In this document: one piece after another, positions 55,898-64,000 of the stretch
How positions within the stretch are numbered: the stretch's first letter is position 1
Layout: each line of letters starts with the position of its first letter
DNA from: a virus
DNA: 64,000 nucleotides
IMG/VR virus record: IMGVR_UViG_3300024255_000004
Direction: 5' to 3' (one strand)
The notes under the pieces: model-generated
What the model was told of the DNA's origin: nothing
Database searches by the model: none
The model's input: the letters and a program-made list of their open reading frames with translations, nothing else
Position numbers and translations under genes: made by a program

Positions 55898-57609
55898 TAA
55901 ATTTTAAGAAAGTAAGATATAAGAACTTACTATCCAGTGGAAATAAATTTACTGAAATACAATTAGACCAACACCAAACAACACTTATCTTAGGTGATAA
56001 TGGTGCTGGTAAATCTACATTACTTGATGCACTTTGTTTTGGTATGTATGGAAAGGGGTTCAGAAACCTCAAGAAAGACCTTCTAATCAACTCTATCAAT
56101 GGTGGAAACCTTTGGGTTGAGGTAGAGTTTTCTATTGGTAAAAAGGAATATAAGGTCATTAGGGGTGCAAAACCAAACAAATTCGAACTCTATGTTAATG
56201 ATGTGTTCGTCAATCAAGATGCAACAGTCAGAGACTATCAAGAACACTTAGAAAAGAACATACTCAAAATGAGTTATCGTTCCTTTACTCAAGTTGCAAT
56301 CCTCGGGTCAGCAAACTTTACTCCTTTCATGCAATTAAAGGCAACTGAAAGACGTAAACTCGTGGAAGACCTTTTGGATATATCAATCTTTTCTACAATG
56401 GGTGATATCCTTAAGAAAAAGATTTCTAACCATACTGTTGAGGTTAGAGAGAATAATCATGAAATCGACTTACTTGAAGAAAGAATTAACGGACTGAATG
56501 AACAACTTAATGCACTTCGTGAAAATCGTGAATCGAAAATCCTAAAATATGAATCTACTGTTGATGAAACTCAAGAGAATATTAATAACCTTTTAGGAGA
56601 CATAGATGAAAAGACGAAAAATGTGGTGGAGAAAACAACCAGTATCAGTGATAAAGATTCGAAAGAAACTAGACTCAAACAAGTTGTCGACATGGAAGCT
56701 GGACTTGAAAATGCTAGAAAGAAAGCACTTAAAGACATTGAGTTCTATGAAAACAATGACGATTGTCCAACATGCAAACAGGGATTAGACCATGAACATA
56801 AGAAGAAACACATTGAAGAGAAACAGACTAAAATCTCAGAAATCAAGGAGGCGATTGCAACACTTGATGAACAAGTCGAAGACCTTAATACCCGAATCCA
56901 AGAAATCAACGGAATCCAAGACCAAATAACTAAAGTTCAAAAGGAAGTTGGTATTCTACAAACAGAAGTTGTATCCAATCAGAAGTTTATCCAAAAGATT
57001 CAAAAAGAAATAGAAGAACTTAAAAAAGAAGGACAGGGTAATGGAGACGTTCAGAGTAGAATAGACGACAGTGAAGACAAACTAAACATTCTACATGCAA
57101 AGAAAGAGTCATTAGTTGACCAACAACACTACTATGAAATTGCACAAGTGTTATTACGTGACCAAGGTGTAAGACAGAAGATTATCAAACAGTATGTTCC
57201 AATCATGAATAAACTAATTAACAAGTATCTTGCACAATTGGAATTCTATGTTGGGTTTGAACTTAATGAAAAGTTTGAAGAAACAATCAAGTCAAGATTC
57301 AGAGACGTATTCAAATACGATAACTTCTCTCAAGGTGAGAAGATGAGAATCGACCTTGCACTACTATTCACATGGAGAAGTGTTGCAAGAATGAAGAATA
57401 GTGTTAACACTAACCTATTGATATTAGACGAAGTATTTGACTCTTCATTAGACACACAAGGAACAGACGATTTCTTAAAACTATTAAACAGCTTGACAGA
57501 AAAGACGAATGCATTTATCATATCTCATAAAGGAGAAGCACTATATGATAAATTTAATGACGTTATTAGGTTTGAGAAACACAAAAACTTCTCGAGAATT
57601 GCAGAATAA
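55894..57609 (+). CDS. gp46: Recombination ATPase gp46 (Rad50/SbcC-like)
   Basis: G.NGAGKST; CPTC zinc hook; FSQGEK; LILDEVFDSSLD; ISH. Confidence 0.94.
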   Translation: MINFKKVRYKNLLSSGNKFTEIQLDQHQTTLILGDNGAGKSTLLDALCFGMYGKGFRNLKKDLLINSINGGNLWVEVEFSIGKKEYKVIRGAKPNKFELYVNDVFVNQDATVRDYQEHLEKNILKMSYRSFTQVAILGSANFTPFMQLKATERRKLVEDLLDISIFSTMGDILKKKISNHTVEVRENNHEIDLLEERINGLNEQLNALRENRESKILKYESTVDETQENINNLLGDIDEKTKNVVEKTTSISDKDSKETRLKQVVDMEAGLENARKKALKDIEFYENNDDCPTCKQGLDHEHKKKHIEEKQTKISEIKEAIATLDEQVEDLNTRIQEINGIQDQITKVQKEVGILQTEVVSNQKFIQKIQKEIEELKKEGQGNGDVQSRIDDSEDKLNILHAKKESLVDQQHYYEIAQVLLRDQGVRQKIIKQYVPIMNKLINKYLAQLEFYVGFELNEKFEETIKSRFRDVFKYDNFSQGEKMRIDLALLFTWRSVARMKNSVNTNLLILDEVFDSSLDTQGTDDFLKLLNSLTEKTNAFIISHKGEALYDKFNDVIRFEKHKNFSRIAE

Positions 57610-57622
57610 TATAAATAGTAGT

Positions 57623-59122
57623 ATGAAATCATTCTCAGAGTTTACTAATCCAACATACGAAGGAGTCAAATTAGACTTACCTAAAGTTATATCTGAAGGT
57701 TCTAAAATGTCTAAGGGAGACCTATTCAAAAGACAAAATAGGGGTGGATTCTTACAAAAAGCAGAAGACGGAATATTACTTGATAAGGACGGAAACGAAC
57801 TTAAGATAAAAGACAAAGACCTTTGGTATGAATTATCCAGTGAACTACAATCTGCTGGAGACGAAAAAGACTTAACACTATGGACACCTAAGAACTTAAA
57901 AATGGTGTTTGGAACTACATTAGGGAATATTCTTAAAGGTGGTAATGGTTTTTCAACTGTAAATCAAGCAAATCCAACTGGTGAAGATTGGGAAGCTGGT
58001 ATTGCAGTAGGACTTCAAAAATTAGGAAAAGGTATAGACTATAACTCACCCGAGTGGTTGAGATTCGATAAGTATTGGACTGATTGGGAAGAGTCTGCAA
58101 TGAAAACTGCAATAGATTTCAAAAACAAGTTAGGTATATCAGAACTTAAACAAACTGGTTCTATGAAAGTAGGTGGACTTTCTAACGAATGGAAAGGAAC
58201 AAACACTACACCTAAAACCGACCTTATGGATAAGAGTGGTAATATTAGAGTATCACTTAAAAAATCGGGTGGTTCTCAGTTAATGTCTGCTGGTAAAGCA
58301 GAAGCAATATCTACAGTAGAGGCTGCAATGAGAGCATATGGAAACTCTTCCAGTGGTCAAAAAGAAGCACAAAAATTAGTCAAAGAACTAGAAGAGAAAA
58401 TGATTAAGTTATCTCATAAAGGTGCGGTAGGTGACTTAGAACAACTTAAAGGTAAAGACAAATTATCAAGAGAAGAAGAAGATAAACTTGCAGAATTAGA
58501 TATTGGACATAACTATGCACAAGAACTCAATCAAAGATTAGAAAAAACCTTTAATGGTAATGACGAATTGAAAAAACTATTTTGTTATGAAGCTGCAACT
58601 GGTCATGCAAAGTTCGGTAAAGACACTTGGCCAACTGCAACAATGATTGCAACCTTCTATGAAGGTGGAGGTCTTTCACATGTTCAAAACTTAAGAGACC
58701 CAATCAAACATGGTGGAGCACTTGCCTCGGGAAATGACTTTTATGTGTCATTCAAATCGAGTGGTAAAAGTTCACCATATCTTTCTTTAAGAAGTAAGAA
58801 AGCAAAACAAAAATTAAACATGGACACCCTCTCAGATATCATACACAACGAATGTGGAAATTCAAATCTTTTCTTAACAGAAGAGGTAGAAAATCTAACT
58901 GAATCACAACTGATAAATAAACTTATGAAAATGTCAAAAGAGTTTTCTTCTAAGGTTGCAAATGCAGCCAAGAAAATTCTTAATGAGATTACTAAGAGAA
59001 TACAGAATGCATTTAATTGGATTAAGAAACAAGGTGCAAAAATATGGAATGCAATCTTGTATTTCTTTGGATTTCAAATTTCAGATGTAAGAGTCAAAGG
59101 AGGAGGGGTTTACCCGTTATAA
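57623..59122 (+). CDS. Late hypothetical protein, possible capsid-internal protein with a PD-(D/E)xK-like motif
   Basis: TATAAATA at 57610-57617 just before ATG 57623; MKSFSEF start; TPKTDL...VSLKK. Confidence 0.5.
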   Translation: MKSFSEFTNPTYEGVKLDLPKVISEGSKMSKGDLFKRQNRGGFLQKAEDGILLDKDGNELKIKDKDLWYELSSELQSAGDEKDLTLWTPKNLKMVFGTTLGNILKGGNGFSTVNQANPTGEDWEAGIAVGLQKLGKGIDYNSPEWLRFDKYWTDWEESAMKTAIDFKNKLGISELKQTGSMKVGGLSNEWKGTNTTPKTDLMDKSGNIRVSLKKSGGSQLMSAGKAEAISTVEAAMRAYGNSSSGQKEAQKLVKELEEKMIKLSHKGAVGDLEQLKGKDKLSREEEDKLAELDIGHNYAQELNQRLEKTFNGNDELKKLFCYEAATGHAKFGKDTWPTATMIATFYEGGGLSHVQNLRDPIKHGGALASGNDFYVSFKSSGKSSPYLSLRSKKAKQKLNMDTLSDIIHNECGNSNLFLTEEVENLTESQLINKLMKMSKEFSSKVANAAKKILNEITKRIQNAFNWIKKQGAKIWNAILYFFGFQISDVRVKGGGVYPL

Positions 59123-59123
59123 T

Positions 59124-59750
59124 ATGTTAGAATTGATAGAAGAGGCCTCAAAGGTCTTACGAACACCACCACCCGAATTTGATTTCGAGAACCCACCCGA
59201 AGACCCCAAAGAGATAGAAATCAACATGGCAGCTGCTATGGAACAATTTGGTGGTATAGGATTATCTGCAAATCAAGTTGGATTGAACTACAGAATTTTT
59301 GTAATGAAAACTGCAGATAGTGGAACTAAAGCATTTTTTAATCCCGAGATTACTAAAGCATCTCAAGAAACTGATTTAATGAAAGAGGGTTGTCTATCCT
59401 TCCCCGACATTTATCTAATGATAAAAAGGTCAAAAGAGATAGAACTTAAATATCAAGATGCAGAGGGTGAAGAACACATAATACACTTAACTGGTTTAGG
59501 TGCAAGGTGTGTTCAACATGAATGTGACCATTTAAATGGAATACTATTCCTACAACGTGCATCTAGACTTAAACTGGAACGTGCATTAAAATCACGACCA
59601 AAAGAGAGAAAAAAGAGAATTGATTATGAAACAAGAATTGCATACGCAAGAGCAATACAAGAACGAGAAAGTCTTACTACTTCCGAATCTGATAACGGAG
59701 AAGGAATCGAAAGAACTGATTCTGTATCTGAAGAAACACTCGCATCTTAA
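59124..59750 (+). CDS. def: Peptide deformylase
   Basis: All three PDF motifs: GIGLSANQVG, EGCLS, QHECDHLNG. Confidence 0.93.
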   Translation: MLELIEEASKVLRTPPPEFDFENPPEDPKEIEINMAAAMEQFGGIGLSANQVGLNYRIFVMKTADSGTKAFFNPEITKASQETDLMKEGCLSFPDIYLMIKRSKEIELKYQDAEGEEHIIHLTGLGARCVQHECDHLNGILFLQRASRLKLERALKSRPKERKKRIDYETRIAYARAIQERESLTTSESDNGEGIERTDSVSEETLAS

Positions 59751-60285
59751 AACAATAGGAGACGGGTCAGATTACACTGCAATAAACATATTGCATATTC
59801 ACACTCAATGGGTTCGAGATATCTTTAATAGACTATCTTTTGACGTTATTGGTGAGATATACAAAAATACAGGTGAAAGAGTATATCCCGAAATGTCTGC
59901 ACTTAATGAGTGGGATATAGGTGGTGTTCAAGAACCACATACAGATGAATTATCTGATGTCGATTTAAGAAACGATAACGTTAAAAAGGACGGACTAAGT
60001 AGAGAATGGACTGTTATTCTTTATATAAATGGTCATGAATCCTTCCAAGGTGGTGAGACTTATTTTCCCGATGAGGGGCCAAGTGGTGAGATTATAACCC
60101 CCGTATTAGGAACAGGGGTAGTATTTAGAGGAGTAGACCTAAAACATGGTGTATATCCCGTTAGAAGAGGTGCTAGATACACTATATCTCAATGGTTCAC
60201 TGCAGATAGAGACAGGATTATAACTGATTCTAGAACTAGAGACTTATCCCTTGACCATGTCACATTGAGACGCTCAGAGACTTGA
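59626..60285 (+). CDS. 2OG-Fe(II) oxygenase (prolyl-4-hydroxylase-like)
   Basis: PHTD; T.ILYIN....F.GGET.F; V.F.G..L.HGV.PV..G.RYTI..W. Confidence 0.8.
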   Translation: MKQELHTQEQYKNEKVLLLPNLITEKESKELILYLKKHSHLKTIGDGSDYTAINILHIHTQWVRDIFNRLSFDVIGEIYKNTGERVYPEMSALNEWDIGGVQEPHTDELSDVDLRNDNVKKDGLSREWTVILYINGHESFQGGETYFPDEGPSGEIITPVLGTGVVFRGVDLKHGVYPVRRGARYTISQWFTADRDRIITDSRTRDLSLDHVTLRRSET

Positions 60286-60309
60286 CAATGACACCCCAAA
60301 AATGATAGT

Positions 60310-60332
60310 AAAACCCCGTTTGGGGTTTTTTT
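60310..60332 (+). terminator. Rho-independent terminator at the boundary with the early region
   Basis: AAAACCCC-GTTT-GGGGTTTTTTT. Confidence 0.75.
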
Positions 60333-60347
60333 AGGCAAAAAATAAAT

Positions 60348-60377
60348 TTGACAATGGGTGTCACTTTTTGGTATACT
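60348..60377 (+). promoter_or_regulatory. Early sigma70-type promoter
   Basis: TTGACA-18-TATACT with an A-rich UP element. Confidence 0.8.
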
Positions 60378-60407
60378 ATGTATATAATGAAAAAACAAGG
60401 AGAAAAT

Positions 60408-60695
60408 GTGAATAATATAAACTATCTTACTGAATATGATTCAGTCAAATACGAACAAAGTGGTAAAACCTATGAAGGTGTTATTACTAAAGTTGTTAAT
60501 AACGACTTCCCCTTTATCGAAGGTAAATTTTACGAAATAGACAGTATTGGTCAAAGAGTTGATGATATGAGATTCAATGCAATTATCTATGCACAATCAT
60601 TCAAAGGTTTAAATATGGAATGGTGGTATGAAGGACAAGGTGGAGACAACTCTGCAATAGGTTGTAGTGGTTCATGGGAGACACTTGTAGCTTAA
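60408..60695 (+). CDS. Early hypothetical protein
   Basis: AAGGAG RBS before GTG 60408. Confidence 0.55.
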   Translation: MNNINYLTEYDSVKYEQSGKTYEGVITKVVNNDFPFIEGKFYEIDSIGQRVDDMRFNAIIYAQSFKGLNMEWWYEGQGGDNSAIGCSGSWETLVA

Positions 60696-60871
60696 TGAAA
60701 TATCTTAAAGAGATTACAGATTGGGAAATATCCAATCACACTTACATAGTCAATGATGCTGGACACTTAGTTGGATACATCAAGACTGGAACCAAAGAAG
60801 AGATTATCTTCAAATCCCCAATGAAACAATTTTCAAAATCAAGGAGAAAATTTATTACTCTCAAGCGTTGA
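60695..60871 (+). CDS. Early hypothetical protein
   Basis: TAATG coupling; MKYLKEITDW...NHTY...F.KSRRKF. Confidence 0.55.
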   Translation: MKYLKEITDWEISNHTYIVNDAGHLVGYIKTGTKEEIIFKSPMKQFSKSRRKFITLKR

Positions 60872-60897
60872 CAATGACCTTCACTTTTTAGTATACT
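60868..60897 (+). promoter_or_regulatory. Early sigma70-type promoter
   Basis: TTGACA-18-TATACT. Confidence 0.8.
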
Positions 60898-60903
60898 ATA
60901 AAC

Positions 60904-63294
60904 ATGACAAAAATAACTAGACAAAAAGACCAATTAGCAAAATTAATGGCTGCAGAGAATATCACTGTTGTCCATAAGAAAATACCAACTGCATATTTTG
61001 ATGTAAAGAATAGGATACTTGCTTGTCCTATCTTTAAGGAAGATATCAGTAGTGAACTTTATGACCTATTCATGGGACATGAAGTTGGACATGCATTGAA
61101 TACACCTTACGAGGGTCTTCACTCTGCATTAGAAATGAATAGAACACTTAAAGGATATCTTAATGTTGTAGAAGACGTTAGGATTGAGAAAGCAATCAAA
61201 AACAAATTCCAAGGATTGAGAAAATCTTTCTTTACTGCATACAATGAATTAATGACAATGGACTTCTTCCAACTTAAGGAAAGAAATCTTTCAGAACTTT
61301 CATTGATTGACAAAATCAATTTACAAACTAAGGTCGGTTCAAGACTTGGTCTTCAGTTCAATAAAGTAGAACAAGAATTCTTAGACATGTCAGAAGCATG
61401 TAAGACTTGGGAAGACGTTGTTGAATGTGCTACTGCAATCTATGAGTGGTCTAAAGAGAATGAGACAAGGACTGAAGATGATGAGATGTTAGTTCCTCAA
61501 ATGTTTGACCTTGATGAAGATGGAGAAGAGGGTGACGAAGAAGAATCAGAAATGGAAGAGATGGAAAACGAATCTCAAGAATCTGCTGATGGTGGTGATT
61601 CAGACGAAGATGATGCAGAAGAGGATTCACTTCCCGAGTTAAACGATAACATTGACAGTGGTGACACTTCAGAGGAAGAAGCAGAACAAGAAGGTGACAC
61701 TGATGATGCAGAACAACAAGTCAAGTCTACTGGTGGTAAAGAAGGTGGTAAAGACCAAGGTTATCATGACGAAAAAGATGGTGCAAGGGAATCAATCACT
61801 GAACACTTTGCACATAACAATGAAGAACAATTTCTTTCAGACGAAAACATTATCAAAACTCAAATCAATCTAAAAGAAGTTTTTGCAAAAAATGATATGC
61901 ATAAAGTAGTTCTTCCTTTCAAACAAGTTCTATCTGATTGGAGAGAATACGTGGGTGTATGTCCCGAGTATAAGACTCAAGAAAATTGGACTAAAAATTA
62001 TGAGAGAGGTCTTTTCACTGGAAAGAAAATAGAAAACAAAAACAAAAAGATTGTTGCTCACATGGCAAAGGAATTTGAAATGAAACAGTCTGCACAACTT
62101 TCCAAGAAAGCATTCAGTGGTAAAACTGGTAAGTTAGATATGAATAGACTTGCAAAATACCAAATCGTTGATGACATTTTCAAAAGAGCTACATATCTTC
62201 CCGAAGGTAAAAACCACGGGTTGACTGTTTTACTTGATTGGAGTGGTTCAATCTGTGACGAAGTGACAGACCTATTAGAACAATCAATGATACTTGCAAT
62301 GTTCTGTAGAAAAGTTAACATTCCTTATAGAGTATACCTTTTCTCTGATGCATATTCTGATTCAAATAAAGATGAGTATGGTTTCGGAAACAATGAAGGT
62401 AAACTCATTGAGATTATGTCTAACGAAATGAACAATAGACAACACAAAGAAATGTTGGGATACTTGGGTTGCATTTATGCAAACTACTTCAGTCAGAAAA
62501 TCTCTTGGAGAAACTATGAAAAATCTATTGCATTATATAACGAGTTCTTCGGTGAGTTCGAATCAATCACTGCAGATAGAAGCTACTGGGATTTGGAGTG
62601 CAACTTCAGACCTCAAGACTATAGACTAGGTGGAACTCCACTTGACCAAACACTTGTTGCACTTAGACAACTACTTCCCGAGTTCAATGCACAATACGGA
62701 ATTGAGAAGTCAATCCTAACAGTTATCACTGATGGTTATTCTCATGGTGCCGACTTCCTTCAAAAAGGAACTGAGGAAAAGGAAGATTACAGAAATCAAG
62801 AAAAGACAATGGAAGATTCAGATGGATATTATTTCAGAAGTAAAAAATCTAGAGATATGATTGACCCATTCTTAAACAAAGTGTTTCCACTGGAAAGTAA
62901 GTCTGATTATTATGGAAGAAATAATTTCAAAACAACTCAAAACCTATTAGACTGGTTATCAGAAACTACTGGTGTTATTGTCACTGGATACTTTGTTCTC
63001 GGAAGAAAACAAGACCTTTATGGTGTTCTAGAACACACTAACGAGTATAGAAAAACTGACGTTGATACTGCATGGAAAGAGATTAGAAAAGAAGGAAAAA
63101 TTTTCACTGCTCATGGATACAACAAATTATTTTTCACTGCAGCTAACAACTTAGGAACTGCTGGAAATGACGAACTTGGAGAGGAATTTATTGATGCGAA
63201 GAAGGTTAGAGTAATGGCTGCCTTCAAAAGAAATCAGAAATCAAAAACCACTTCAAGATTTTTAACTAACGAATTTATAAAGGAGATTGCATAA
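60904..63294 (+). CDS. CobT-like protein: N-terminal HExxH metallopeptidase-like domain, acidic linker, vWA domain
   Basis: LAKLMA.ENI.V.H....TA.FDVKNR.L; GHEVGHAL; NVVEDVRIE; MIDAS DWSGS; GGTPL; ITDG. Confidence 0.8.
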   Translation: MTKITRQKDQLAKLMAAENITVVHKKIPTAYFDVKNRILACPIFKEDISSELYDLFMGHEVGHALNTPYEGLHSALEMNRTLKGYLNVVEDVRIEKAIKNKFQGLRKSFFTAYNELMTMDFFQLKERNLSELSLIDKINLQTKVGSRLGLQFNKVEQEFLDMSEACKTWEDVVECATAIYEWSKENETRTEDDEMLVPQMFDLDEDGEEGDEEESEMEEMENESQESADGGDSDEDDAEEDSLPELNDNIDSGDTSEEEAEQEGDTDDAEQQVKSTGGKEGGKDQGYHDEKDGARESITEHFAHNNEEQFLSDENIIKTQINLKEVFAKNDMHKVVLPFKQVLSDWREYVGVCPEYKTQENWTKNYERGLFTGKKIENKNKKIVAHMAKEFEMKQSAQLSKKAFSGKTGKLDMNRLAKYQIVDDIFKRATYLPEGKNHGLTVLLDWSGSICDEVTDLLEQSMILAMFCRKVNIPYRVYLFSDAYSDSNKDEYGFGNNEGKLIEIMSNEMNNRQHKEMLGYLGCIYANYFSQKISWRNYEKSIALYNEFFGEFESITADRSYWDLECNFRPQDYRLGGTPLDQTLVALRQLLPEFNAQYGIEKSILTVITDGYSHGADFLQKGTEEKEDYRNQEKTMEDSDGYYFRSKKSRDMIDPFLNKVFPLESKSDYYGRNNFKTTQNLLDWLSETTGVIVTGYFVLGRKQDLYGVLEHTNEYRKTDVDTAWKEIRKEGKIFTAHGYNKLFFTAANNLGTAGNDELGEEFIDAKKVRVMAAFKRNQKSKTTSRFLTNEFIKEIA

Positions 63295-63506
63295 TGCAAA
63301 TAGAAAGTAAAGATATGATGAATGAAACATTCACATTAGACAGAAATCAATATAAAGATTTCACATATAGGATTGACCTATTAAAAGAAACCAAAGGTGT
63401 TGAAGCACCTTATCTTGTAGAACACGACTTTGTGCTAGACACATTTGAAGTGACACTACTTCACAAGTCATATGACTTAAACTTTGTTATGGGAGAATTA
63501 ACATGA
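63294..63506 (+). CDS. Hypothetical protein
   Basis: AAGGAG RBS; TAATG coupling. Confidence 0.5.
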   Translation: MQIESKDMMNETFTLDRNQYKDFTYRIDLLKETKGVEAPYLVEHDFVLDTFEVTLLHKSYDLNFVMGELT

Positions 63507-63748
63507 GAGATACATTAAGAGTAGACGAAGCATATTACATTTCACATGATTCAGATTACAGTAAATTTGCAGATGCAGTCATGGACGTGGGGCCTTCACC
63601 TTGCGTCAGATATGATTGTCCTATGTTCAATGAATGTAAAACTGAAGAGAAGGAATGTTTTGCGTTTAGAATTTGGGTCAACAATGGTGGTGAACTGAAT
63701 GAGAAACAACAACTGAAAATGGGGACTAGATTTGAGTCAATTAAATAG
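63503..63748 (+). CDS. Small Cys-rich hypothetical protein (possible metal binder)
   Basis: C-x4-C-x5-C-x6-C; GGAG RBS. Confidence 0.55.
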   Translation: MRDTLRVDEAYYISHDSDYSKFADAVMDVGPSPCVRYDCPMFNECKTEEKECFAFRIWVNNGGELNEKQQLKMGTRFESIK

Positions 63749-63756
63749 AAAAAGAC

Positions 63757-63786
63757 TTGACAATGACCCTCACTTTTTAGTATACT
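63757..63786 (+). promoter_or_regulatory. Early sigma70-type promoter
   Basis: TTGACA-18-TATACT. Confidence 0.8.
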
Positions 63787-63835
63787 ATACAAGATGAGAA
63801 AAATAACTAATAACAACTTAAAAGGAGACTATAAT

Positions 63836-64000
63836 ATGGATAAAAGAAGTTATGACAGAAGTGAATCGATTGACGTGATGGGAAAGCCGTTTCACTACAC
63901 ACCCGATAGGAAGGAATTTTTAGATACGTTGATATCTAAATATCCGAATCAATCGGTTTTTACTAAAGAAGAAATTGACAATGTTGGGACGTTCCCATAT
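63836..64000 (+). CDS. 3'-truncated ORF (possibly the AAA+ CobS-like partner of the vWA protein)
   Basis: AAGGAG RBS; open to the window end (MDKRSYDRSESIDVMGKPFHYTPDRKEFL...); identity inferred only from synteny. Confidence 0.4.
   Translation, partial: MDKRSYDRSESIDVMGKPFHYTPDRKEFLDTLISKYPNQSVFTKEEIDNVGTFPY

Noticed and set aside
36528-57609. Introns, inteins, homing endonucleases or stop-codon reassignment in core genes
   Set aside because: gp13-gp23, uvsW, gp46 and gp47 are continuous and of normal length in the standard code.
2339-63816. Numerous minus-strand ORFs in the track
   Set aside because: All overlap well-supported + strand genes or their promoters and show no recognisable motifs.
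1-64000. Assigning a host (cyanobacterium, SAR11, etc.)
   Set aside because: No diagnostic host-derived genes such as photosynthesis genes here; def, CobT-like and 2OG genes suggest an aquatic T4-like phage but not a specific host.

Overview
A 64-kb, AT-rich fragment of a T4-like (Tevenvirinae/Kyanoviridae-type) myophage; all credible genes are on the + strand. Gene order: baseplate (gp48 end, gp53, hub, gp5, gp25, gp6, gp7, gp8, a 2237-aa VrlC-like protein); a ~13-kb fibre/appendage region; a glycosyltransferase + 2OG-Fe(II) oxygenase cluster; neck/packaging/tail/head genes (gp13-gp23); gp3, uvsY, uvsW, gp55, gp47, gp46, peptide deformylase; and the start of an early region with sigma70-type promoters. 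Many T4 late promoters (TATAAATA) are visible. The standout observation is a family of Gln/Pro/Tyr-rich proteins with a mirror-image pairing code. Adjacent genes 30074 and 30786 each carry a 206-residue array of 29 Pro-delimited 6/8/10-residue segments. The segment-length series of one is the exact reverse of the other, and Tyr/Phe in one chain falls opposite Ala/Gly in the other. Gene 20122 follows the same rule within one chain (a hairpin with a forked tip). This points to a sequence-programmed antiparallel protein 'zipper' filament. All calls come from reading motifs and synteny by eye; no database search was run.
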